A stretch of 41,411 bases of DNA from positions 1 through 41,411 of the IMG/VR virus record IMGVR_UViG_3300015050_000930; one strand, 5' to 3'. A program made the translations under genes and the position numbers. The notes beneath the pieces are model-generated. The model made no database searches. It was not told the DNA's origin and worked only from the letters and a program-made list of their open reading frames with translations. This DNA comes from a virus. Its lineage: Duplodnaviria > Caudoviricetes. Below are positions 34,303 to 41,411 of the stretch, piece by piece (position 1 is the first letter of the stretch; each line of letters opens with the position of its first letter).

Positions 34303-35676
34303 TTATTCGCCCTCTGTCCTGCGTCTTGTTTGTCGCTCGATGATTTCGGCGACCGTTCTGTGTTGTGGAAATTTGATAACCGTGGGGCCTGGCGGCGGCT
34401 TGTATTCCTCACGCCACGCGATCGCCAGCATCCGGAAGGCATCGGCCGGGTTTGAAGCCCAGTCATGCCGGGGCTTGTCCCGAAACATCTTCTTTTCGTC
34501 GTCCCACTCGCGCTGATACTGCTTCAGGCCGTTTACGCCCGTCTCCGTCTGCTCCTCGTCAAAATAGCAATAGGGCAACATGGCCCGCGCTGCCTGGATA
34601 CCGTCCTGCACGCTCAGCATGGGGACAATCCGCACATTTCCCGTACCAAAGGCCTTCCAAGCCATTTCCTGAATGGACTTGCCGCCTGAAGCCAGCGTCT
34701 TTGCCCTAGCGTCATGCGGTAGCCAGTGCAGCCCGTACTTGTAGGGTTTGTCCTTGACCACATCGATGTAGTCATCCATCGCCAGCCCTGAGCCGCCGTA
34801 GTAGCAGAGCACCCGGATTTCACCGGCTATCACCTGATAAAACCAAATGCTGGTGTCATCACTGAAGCCCAAGTCCCAGGCGGTGTGGACTGGATACTCA
34901 GGGTCCCAAGGAACAAGGCGAATGCGCCCGGCCTCTTCGGCCTCCCGCATCTCCCGCCCGTAGAAAGCACCCAGCAGCGCCGCGTCAAAGCTGCACAGAT
35001 ACTCCTGCTCAAAGAGCGAAGTACCCTGGTCTACCCCGTAGTCGTCTATATAAGCCTGCTTCTCAGCCGCAAGCCGCTCAATGCTGATTGAGCCTGTGTC
35101 ATAGGCAGTCAGCTTCTGCGCAAAGGTATTCGGGTCTTTCCTGCCCGCCTCGTAGGTCTTGAATGCATGGTTCTTGCCCCGTGGCGTCGTGATGTACATC
35201 TGCCAGCCGTTGTTTTCGGCAAAGATTGGCCTGAGATACGCCCTTGCGGACGGGTTGGCCAATGCCCACTCCGAGAACACCACACCAGCAGGCGGCGAGC
35301 CCACAAGGCTGTTGTAGTTGTCACTCCCCAAAACCTGCCACGTTGACCCGTTTACAAACCGGATCATCATTTCCTGATCTTTGGTGTTCGCCCTCAGTTC
35401 ATGAGGGAACGCCTCATCTATCCGCCGCTTGCCGCTATGGGGGTTGATCGCCTCCCAGATAGCCTTTCGAGCCTGCGCGGCCTCTGGCAACATATGCCAG
35501 TACGTGGCCTGACGCTCAAACGCAGCACATGCAGTGCGGTGCAGGGCGATCTCATCCTTACCGCTGCGACGATGCCAGATCAGCTCCGCGTGCTTGCCGC
35601 CGTTCTCTAAATACGTCCAGGCTGGAAGCTGGTAAGGCCTTGGGCGCCAGCCGTTAGGGAGCTGTATTCGAGCCAA
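34303..35676 (-). CDS. terL: Terminase large subunit (start uncertain, 35676-35691)
   Basis: HRRSGKD Walker A, VVFSE Walker B, TTPRG, WDLGFSD nuclease, ADAFR. Confidence 0.95.
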   Translation of the reverse strand: MARIQLPNGWRPRPYQLPAWTYLENGGKHAELIWHRRSGKDEIALHRTACAAFERQATYWHMLPEAAQARKAIWEAINPHSGKRRIDEAFPHELRANTKDQEMMIRFVNGSTWQVLGSDNYNSLVGSPPAGVVFSEWALANPSARAYLRPIFAENNGWQMYITTPRGKNHAFKTYEAGRKDPNTFAQKLTAYDTGSISIERLAAEKQAYIDDYGVDQGTSLFEQEYLCSFDAALLGAFYGREMREAEEAGRIRLVPWDPEYPVHTAWDLGFSDDTSIWFYQVIAGEIRVLCYYGGSGLAMDDYIDVVKDKPYKYGLHWLPHDARAKTLASGGKSIQEMAWKAFGTGNVRIVPMLSVQDGIQAARAMLPYCYFDEEQTETGVNGLKQYQREWDDEKKMFRDKPRHDWASNPADAFRMLAIAWREEYKPPPGPTVIKFPQHRTVAEIIERQTRRRTEGE

Positions 35677-35941
35677 AGCGGGTAATCTCAACTATCAGCG
35701 CGCCGTCCTTGCCCTCGCCAGCGATGGTCATGGGCAATACCTTGCCGACAAGCGCAAGGAATGCCGCCGGGTGGCTCTCTGCCTTAGCCTGAAGGTATGT
35801 GATGCCCCCAGCTCCGCTCAAGGCGCCGAGGATCATTTCCTTCAATTCCTTGGTGTTCTTGTTTACTGCACCCTTGGGCTTGCCTTTGTTGCCTTTGCCG
35901 AATTTGGTCGTATTTTTCGGCGTCTCGATGGGGTTGCCCAT
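35654..35941 (-). CDS. terS: Terminase small subunit
   Basis: GKPKGAVNK...AFLALVGKVLP; upstream of terL. Confidence 0.85.
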   Translation of the reverse strand: MGNPIETPKNTTKFGKGNKGKPKGAVNKNTKELKEMILGALSGAGGITYLQAKAESHPAAFLALVGKVLPMTIAGEGKDGALIVEITRFGSNTAP

Positions 35942-35968
35942 ATCGACTCCTTGTGATTGGTTACTAAC

Positions 35969-36166
35969 TTACTGAGTCGGCCTCTGTTGCGCCATGAACT
36001 GCTCTTGCGATAGCGGGGCCTGCCCGTTTGCCTGCGCCTCTTGGACGTGGAGCTGGTAGGGACGGCTCGTCATTGATTGGGCCGCCTGCTGCACCATGCC
36101 CGAGCCCATAGGAGGCCTGGCTGGCATCAGCAACGCCGCTAGTCGTTGAAGTTTGCTGTCAGCCAT
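35969..36166 (-). CDS. Hypothetical first late gene
   Basis: GAGG RBS; 65 aa. Confidence 0.65.
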   Translation of the reverse strand: MADSKLQRLAALLMPARPPMGSGMVQQAAQSMTSRPYQLHVQEAQANGQAPLSQEQFMAQQRPTQ

Positions 36167-36179
36167 TTGTTACCTCAAT

Positions 36180-36212
36180 AAAAAAGCCCCGGGCCGACAA
36201 TCAGCGCGGGGC
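36180..36212 (-). terminator. Late-leader terminator 2
   Basis: GCCCCG/CGGGGC stem plus T6. Confidence 0.75.
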
Positions 36213-36331
36213 GAAGTGCAACGTGTGCACACCATGGAGAAAAGGGCGGGGTCAGCGTCCGCAATCGAGTAGCAGCCCTGTGCTCAGCGAGCGGGGCGCG
36301 GTAGTTACGGTGAAGACGTGACCCAGCATGC

Positions 36332-36364
36332 AAAAAGCCCCGACACATTGCTGCATCGAGGCTT
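36332..36364 (-). terminator. Late-leader terminator 1 (tR'-like)
   Basis: AAGCCTCGA/TCGGGGCTT stem plus T run. Confidence 0.75.
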
Positions 36365-36371
36365 GGATTGA

Positions 36372-36450
36372 TTTGGTGGCCTATGCTGATCTTAGGCTTC
36401 TTCTTCATCCCGGCAAAGGGACCAGCGCATCAGCCTGCGCATTCACCAAA
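36372..36450 (-). ncRNA. Cloverleaf RNA with complementary (kissing) loops
   Basis: TTTGGTG/CACCAAA; GCGC-AGGCTGAT-GCGC; GTCCC-TTTGCC-GGGAT; GCCTA-AGATCAGCA-TAGGC. Confidence 0.7.
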
Positions 36451-36631
36451 ACGGCTGCTGACTACGTTCACTTATGCCCGACGTCATACCCGAAGGCTGG
36501 GAGGTGAGGCTAGCTACTATGAATCAGCGCCCGTTTTGGCCCCATTTCAGAGGGCTCTAACTGAGCTTTACCGGCGGCGCCGCCTCCAACATGGACGGGC
36601 GACCCTAATGCTTTTGCTCAGTCGTTAGCAA

Positions 36632-36659
36632 ATTCTATAACGATTTTTTGAAATGTCAA
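36632..36659 (-). promoter_or_regulatory. pR'-like late promoter
   Basis: TTGACA-N16-TAGAAT overlapping the Q stop codon. Confidence 0.75.
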
Positions 36660-37027
36660 ACTTTTCTGTTGATGAGCATCTGCCGACCGTCGCGCAAAAG
36701 CAACGCCAGATCATCCATGCTCACGCCTATTTCTCGGCATGCGCGGCCTGGATTGACCGGCTTGAGATATGCCCAATTGATGGCCTTGCGGTGCTTGATC
36801 GGGAGTGCTGCAACCCCTTTGGCGATCCTGACCGCGTCGGAATGGTCTACCGGTACTCCGGTTGCTCCCCGCTCCCAGTTGTCCGGACGGTATAGGCGGA
36901 ACATGGGCGAGACGGCCGGTGGCCCCCCACTGTTGCACGACAGCGCCCAGTTATGCAGGCGTTTATCTATGCCCCGCTGGTGTTCTTCTACAGCGTGGAA
37001 ATCAACCGCTCTTGTTGCCATCAACAT
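36656..37027 (-). CDS. Q-like late antiterminator
   Basis: IDKRLHNWA...DAVRIAKGVAALP...AINWAY; last gene before the late promoter. Confidence 0.75.
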   Translation of the reverse strand: MLMATRAVDFHAVEEHQRGIDKRLHNWALSCNSGGPPAVSPMFRLYRPDNWERGATGVPVDHSDAVRIAKGVAALPIKHRKAINWAYLKPVNPGRACREIGVSMDDLALLLRDGRQMLINRKV

Positions 37028-37037
37028 ATCCGTCCTT

Positions 37038-37208
37038 TTAGAGTTCTTTGAGGTATTCGCGGAGCTTGTCCTCTGCCCGCTGCTCTGTGGCTGATTTCTG
37101 CTTGCTGCTCATGAATCCGCTTCTGGTCATGGTCTTGGCCTTCTGCTTCTGGCGGGATAGGTTCTTTGCCAGTTGGACTATTTGGTCTTGTTGGGAGGGG
37201 GAGAGCAT
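37038..37208 (-). CDS. Hypothetical protein
   Basis: GGAGG RBS before MLSPSQQ. Confidence 0.65.
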   Translation of the reverse strand: MLSPSQQDQIVQLAKNLSRQKQKAKTMTRSGFMSSKQKSATEQRAEDKLREYLKEL

Positions 37209-37210
37209 GG

Positions 37211-37432
37211 TTAGGCCTCCATTGGCCACGGTAAAGAGTATTTCGATGGCGGCGTGAACCTGACCCTTTTGCTTTGTGAGGCCATGGCCGCTTGCCACGC
37301 GGCCCATGACGTGGCGACTGATGAGGCTATGTATTGCCCCTTTTGCGGCCCCTTGTGATATCGCACCGCGACATGCCCCGTCTCGTTGAATATCCACGCC
37401 TCAAAGCTTTCGCGGATTTCTCTCTCAGTCAT
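37211..37432 (-). CDS. Hypothetical protein (R..FEAW...W.AWQA family)
   Basis: AAGGGG RBS; paralogous motif elsewhere in the genome. Confidence 0.75.
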   Translation of the reverse strand: MTEREIRESFEAWIFNETGHVAVRYHKGPQKGQYIASSVATSWAAWQAAMASQSKRVRFTPPSKYSLPWPMEA

Positions 37433-37466
37433 GATTTCCCCTTAAGCATTTCTAGTGGGAGGTGGG

Positions 37467-37682
37467 CTACTTGCTGAACTTTTCACAGCCAGCGGCCACC
37501 AGCGCGACAAGCAAAGCGGCCAAAATAATCACCCCGGCGATGGCAATACCACCCCAAAACGGCGCAGTTACCCACCACCAAGACCAATCGATGTAGCCAG
37601 TCAGCTTCAGGACAACAAAGGCAATTCCCAGCAAGCCAAGAACATTCGTGCTGTAGGTTGTCGTTGCGGATTTCGCGCTCAT
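37467..37682 (-). CDS. Small membrane protein (IDWSWWWV.AP.W family)
   Basis: GGAG RBS; two TM helices. Confidence 0.8.
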   Translation of the reverse strand: MSAKSATTTYSTNVLGLLGIAFVVLKLTGYIDWSWWWVTAPFWGGIAIAGVIILAALLVALVAAGCEKFSK

Positions 37683-37737
37683 GTTGAATCTCCAGTTTTT
37701 GTATTTGCACCTGTAGCCCAGGCTGCGAGGCATCGGG

Positions 37738-38151
37738 TTATGCGTATTCAGGCTGTTTCGGCTCACTTAAAACAACCCCATTCAAATCACAAAAGGCCAG
37801 CGCATAGGTAATCAGGCTGGCACTGCGCTTCACGCTCATGAGGGCGGTGCTCTCGCGGATGTTCACGAACTCGCCCTCAAGGCCCGGGACAATCTCAAAG
37901 TCTTCAGCCGTGGCTTTTGAGTGGGCGGATACAAGCAGCACCTTCCATTGGTCGGCTGTTCGAGGCTTTCCAGCCCACGGGAGCTTTGACTTGGCAAGGT
38001 CTGAGCAGATCGCGTGAAATTTGGCGTTTTGGTCTGCGTTGCGGGTTGGCTCCTGAAACGTCACCATGTACCCATCAGGGGCGGCGTGGGCGTGAGCTGC
38101 CACCCCGTCACGGGCTTGGCCGTGCACCAGAAAGAACACGCGCTTGCTCAC
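37738..38151 (-). CDS. ninB: NinB/Orf recombination protein
   Basis: RNADQNAKFHAICSDLAK...QWK...VPGLEGEFV...ST. Confidence 0.9.
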   Translation of the reverse strand: MSKRVFFLVHGQARDGVAAHAHAAPDGYMVTFQEPTRNADQNAKFHAICSDLAKSKLPWAGKPRTADQWKVLLVSAHSKATAEDFEIVPGLEGEFVNIRESTALMSVKRSASLITYALAFCDLNGVVLSEPKQPEYA

Positions 38152-38315
38152 ATCTCCTCCCATCGCCGATAAGCATGCTCAGCTGTGAAACCGTCCGAAA
38201 TCTTCCCGGCTCCTGCGCAGTACCAGATACGGTCAACCAGCTTTATGTGTGGCTTTTCCTGTTTGACTGGAAAGGCGGCGTCAAATAGGGCCATGGGGCA
38301 CATTAACCAGATCAT
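38148..38315 (-). CDS. Hypothetical protein
   Basis: Overlap coupling on both sides. Confidence 0.6.
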   Translation of the reverse strand: MIWLMCPMALFDAAFPVKQEKPHIKLVDRIWYCAGAGKISDGFTAEHAYRRWEEM

Positions 38316-38914
38316 TCCTGCCTCGCTTTCAGTTCTTTGGCCTTGGCCGTGTAAAGTTTTTTTACTTCTATCAACTCTTCCCGGGTCCACTTGTGGACTT
38401 CGTTGTTGGACTCCAGCGCGTCAACCCGGGCCTGACCGATGCGCACCAGCAATCCGAGGCGGTAGTCCACAGCGTTCCCAGCTTTCCACTGGTTGCACTT
38501 CACGCACTGGGCGTGACAGTTGTCTTCATGGAATCGAAGGTGTGAGGCGCAGCCAATACTCCGGTAATGCCCAGCATCGCGGCCGGCGTGAAGCTGGGTC
38601 ATGTCACCCGGAGGCTTGCCGCAGGAAATGCAGGGCTGCTTGGCGTCACGGGTACGGATGAAGGTGTTGAACTCCTTTTGCGCCTCTGCAGTCAACTTGG
38701 GAATCTTCTTCTGCGTCTCGCGCTTGACCCTGTCCAGCATCTTTTCCACCCGCGCAGCCGCACGCCACTCAGCCTCCAGCTTTCGCGCCTTCTTGGCGTT
38801 CTGGGCGGCCAGCCAAGGGTCCACGCAGTCCTCGTGCAAGACGTGGCGCGCCTTGTCCTCTGGCATGCGGACCTTGCAGTGCTTGCATTTGTTGGGCTTG
38901 GCGGAGCGGATCAC
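38312..38914 (-). CDS. ninG: NinG/Rap Holliday-junction endonuclease
   Basis: FNTFIRTRD...CISCG...DAGHYRS...LRFHEDNCHAQCVKCN. Confidence 0.92.
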   Translation of the reverse strand: MIRSAKPNKCKHCKVRMPEDKARHVLHEDCVDPWLAAQNAKKARKLEAEWRAAARVEKMLDRVKRETQKKIPKLTAEAQKEFNTFIRTRDAKQPCISCGKPPGDMTQLHAGRDAGHYRSIGCASHLRFHEDNCHAQCVKCNQWKAGNAVDYRLGLLVRIGQARVDALESNNEVHKWTREELIEVKKLYTAKAKELKARQE

Positions 38915-39168
38915 AGCGCACCCCATGAAACACTCCGGCCTTTTCCATGGCCGTCACTGACCACCACCACAGCCTTGCCGTGACCCTCAAGCCACGCTAA
39001 AGCCTCATAGACCCGCTCAAGTGGAAGCCCTGTCTTTTCCTTGATCGCCGGGGCGGTTTCAATTCCGTCCTCCAGGCACCAGCGCACTATTGCCGGAACC
39101 TCTGGGAGTTTTGCCCTGTGTCGTAAGCGGGTTGGGTTCAGCTCTTCACGGGACAGCTTGCAGCTCAT
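38911..39168 (-). CDS. Hypothetical winged-HTH protein
   Basis: IKEKTGLPLERVYEALAWLE; coupling. Confidence 0.65.
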   Translation of the reverse strand: MSCKLSREELNPTRLRHRAKLPEVPAIVRWCLEDGIETAPAIKEKTGLPLERVYEALAWLEGHGKAVVVVSDGHGKGRSVSWGAL

Positions 39169-39815
39169 GCGGCCTCCTTACGATCGGCGGCAAGCAATGC
39201 CATGCTTTGGACTTGGTCAAAGGTCACGGCCGATCGGCCCGACACATTGCCGCCCTTGTAAACCTGCATCGCGCGATCAACATCCCCGACCAGCGCCGGT
39301 TTTGGCAAGGCAATGCCCTTCTTGGTGTACTCTGGATCCGGGGAGCGATCGCCGTTCAAACGCTTGGGGTACTCGAAGGTTCCGCGTCCGGTATAGGCCT
39401 TGTGGGCATTACAAAACCGCGTTTGCAAATAGCCAAGCTCTTTCATGTCGGTTCGGCAGACCTTGGGCCATCCACCCATGTCCTCGATCGCGGCATGAAT
39501 GGCTGGATCATCAAAAACCACATCTGAGTAAGCGCCGATCGAACTCATTGCCCCCAGTGCCTTACCCCACGCCAGCGCTGCGCGATCGGTATGAGTGCCA
39601 GACAGGATCCGGACGATATCCGCCACCTTTGGCGCAAACTGCCCGCGATCGGGGTCTGTGACATGGGCCGTCAGGGCCTTGGAAACCTGCTCGATCGTGA
39701 ACGGCTGGCAGGCCTGCACCCAAACGTGCAAGGTGAACTCGCTCACGTCCTGGCGATAGTAGGCCAAGGCATCTGTGACCATCTGGGTCAGCTTTGGGAG
39801 GTCATTGGGCTGCAT
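39165..39815 (-). CDS. Replication accessory protein (DUF6475-like; putative helicase loader)
   Basis: FAPKVADI...AW...VVFDDPAIHAAIEDMGGW; follows the initiator. Confidence 0.7.
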   Translation of the reverse strand: MQPNDLPKLTQMVTDALAYYRQDVSEFTLHVWVQACQPFTIEQVSKALTAHVTDPDRGQFAPKVADIVRILSGTHTDRAALAWGKALGAMSSIGAYSDVVFDDPAIHAAIEDMGGWPKVCRTDMKELGYLQTRFCNAHKAYTGRGTFEYPKRLNGDRSPDPEYTKKGIALPKPALVGDVDRAMQVYKGGNVSGRSAVTFDQVQSMALLAADRKEAA

Positions 39816-40569
39816 AGCCACCCTTCTCTAAAAATCGTTTTGCTACTGCGGCGTTTGAGGCTTCGAGAGCTTCTTGTTTGTTGAGCTTTGGCGCGACTCC
39901 AGCCGGAGGCAACGCTGCGGCCAGCCACTCAAGGGGCTGCAGTGGTCGGGCTTTGGCGCATTCGCGCAGCTTGTCGATCAGGGCCGTATCCCCGTGGTGC
40001 TTGCGCAGACCACCGAGGAACGATCGGGCCTGCTTTTCAGCGGTCCCCGCGTTTGTCAGCAATGCCAAGCCGTACCCAAAAATGATTTCATCCGGATCCG
40101 TGACCAGCGGCGGCTTGCCGCCCGTACCGTTAGGTACGGAACTATTGGTATTGGTAATGGGATTGGTAATGGGAGCTTGTGAGTTGCTTATTTCTGGGTT
40201 ACCTACAGAAACCGGCTGGGTTATTTCTGGGTTGCCTGTGGGTTGTTGCTTTGGTGGCCTGCCGCCCCTTGATCCGTTCTGCTTTGCGCGCTCTGCCGCT
40301 TGCTGCGCCTTTATGATTTCGGCATCACAGCGAGGGTGTGCCCAATGCCCGTCTGTCAGGGTGAAGAACTCATTCAGGACGGTCTCCACGGCTTTGCGCT
40401 CATCCTTAGAGGCGGCGCGCACCAGTCGGCAAGCTTGGGCCACATCGGGGAGGCTTTCCTCCCGGCTGTAGTACACGTCCAGCAGGCGGCGGTAAGCGCA
40501 GTCTTCCAGCCATGACAGGTGCACCGTGGCCGTCATGTAATCGCCGATGTGATGCGGGTAAAAGTTCAC
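39802..40569 (-). CDS. Replication initiator, DUF1376/YdaU family
   Basis: NFYPHHIGDY...HLSWLEDCAYRRLLDVYY; internal iterons. Confidence 0.85.
   Translation of the reverse strand: MNFYPHHIGDYMTATVHLSWLEDCAYRRLLDVYYSREESLPDVAQACRLVRAASKDERKAVETVLNEFFTLTDGHWAHPRCDAEIIKAQQAAERAKQNGSRGGRPPKQQPTGNPEITQPVSVGNPEISNSQAPITNPITNTNSSVPNGTGGKPPLVTDPDEIIFGYGLALLTNAGTAEKQARSFLGGLRKHHGDTALIDKLRECAKARPLQPLEWLAAALPPAGVAPKLNKQEALEASNAAVAKRFLEKGGYAAQ
40188..40244. repeat. Putative replication-origin iterons within the initiator gene
   Basis: (C/G)TGGGTT at 40194, 40216, 40227, 40238 (11-bp phase); TTATTTCTGGGTT twice. Confidence 0.65.
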
Positions 40570-40570
40570 G

Positions 40571-40858
40571 CTAAAGCGCCTTCCACACAGCGCACCCATC
40601 CCGGCGCAGATCAGTCTTGACCAAGCCGCACTCGGAAATGCGGCGCTGGCACTCGATGTATTCCACGCCAGTGCAGCGGCTTGCCTCTCGGGCTGTAAGG
40701 CCGTCCAGCGAGGACTTCACCGCCTCCCTGATAGCTGCGCGCTCCCGATTGGCTACGCAGCTTGCAGCGTGCTTTGCAGCCTCCCGGCTTGTGTCGGCGT
40801 CCGTGCGCCTGGCTCGGGTTTGAACAAAGCTGATGCTTAGCTGGTCTTGGGGGTTCAT
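40571..40858 (-). CDS. HTH DNA-binding protein (ARRTD..TS..AA family)
   Basis: GLTAREAS...RRISE HTH; ATGA coupling. Confidence 0.75.
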   Translation of the reverse strand: MNPQDQLSISFVQTRARRTDADTSREAAKHAASCVANRERAAIREAVKSSLDGLTAREASRCTGVEYIECQRRISECGLVKTDLRRDGCAVWKAL

Positions 40859-41193
40859 GGCTTGGCCTTTCCAATTTCAGCGGCGGCGTAGGTGATCGCG
40901 CGGCGCGTAAGCTCAACCCGCGATAGGACGCCATCAGCGATTTCACGATGGATGAGTTGGCGACCGACGCGAATCTCTACGATGTGGGAACTCTGGTAGA
41001 TCGACATGCCAAGCTGAGCCGATAATCGCAATGCAGCCCCATCGTCTGCCAGTGGGTCCCAGTAGTTGTAGGTCATGCCGTATGGGGTTTTCTTTCCCGG
41101 CAAAACTCTCAAGCACTCGACATCACGATTCCAGCGGCTACGAATCCCGGCCGCTTTCGCCGCCAACTCCAAAATTTCTCGTGAACTTCTCAT
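40855..41193 (-). CDS. Phage protein, paralogue of 14578..14916
   Basis: Shared motifs; GAGG RBS. Confidence 0.8.
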   Translation of the reverse strand: MRSSREILELAAKAAGIRSRWNRDVECLRVLPGKKTPYGMTYNYWDPLADDGAALRLSAQLGMSIYQSSHIVEIRVGRQLIHREIADGVLSRVELTRRAITYAAAEIGKAKP

Positions 41194-41411
41194 TTGCGCA
41201 CCTCTGGTGTTTCAGTGGGGGCGCAAACTTTGACGACGGTTCCGGCCTTGACTTCTATTCCGTTGATGACGCAATCAGAGCCAAAAGCCATCGTCGTGCA
41301 ATTTCCGTACTGCGGTGCTTGTGGTTGGGTGGCGAGAGCGGCTTGCCAAAGCTCCCATGCACGCTGCACAGAAATGGTCCGGTAGGTGTCGTTGCTGCGG
41401 TGTCGCGCTAA
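41190..41411 (-). CDS. 3' part of the junction-spanning ORF that starts at 189
   Basis: Frame open across the terminal repeat; TGA at 41192-41190. Confidence 0.75.
   Translation of the reverse strand, partial: LARHRSNDTYRTISVQRAWELWQAALATQPQAPQYGNCTTMAFGSDCVINGIEVKAGTVVKVCAPTETPEVRK
41289..41411. repeat. Terminal direct repeat, copy 2
   Basis: Identical to 1-123. Confidence 0.95.

Noticed and set aside
36175-36628. ORFs 36175..36408 and 36368..36628
   Set aside because: They run through terminators and RNA structures in the late leader; no RBS

Overview
The window is an apparently complete, circularly permuted genome (about 41.3 kb; 123-bp terminal overlap) of a temperate, lambdoid-organised, short-tailed (P22/podovirus-like) phage. 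The host is probably in the Burkholderiales (inferred from the SSB and the tRNA-Asp attP). The order is: cII-cro-cI immunity switch; rightward early operon (P22 gp17-like, exonuclease, SSB, accessory ORFs, C5 methyltransferase, xis, integrase, attP = 3' half of tRNA-Asp); a Wzy_C/O-antigen-ligase-like moron; then, on the minus strand, replication/nin/Q, terminase, portal, capsid, tail, ejection proteins, tail fibre and lysis genes. The most unusual elements are: (1) a tRNA-Thr(UGU)-shaped RNA with a 113-nt structured insert in its D-loop, in the early-operon leader; (2) a heme-oxygenase-like diiron enzyme gene translationally coupled between DNA-ejection protein genes; (3) HNH endonuclease genes inserted into attP and into the ssb start, each accompanied by a recoded copy of the disrupted site; (4) a C5 methyltransferase with a fully nested second-subunit ORF; (5) a kissing-loop cloverleaf RNA in the late leader. 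All protein calls come from motif recognition and synteny; no database searches were run.
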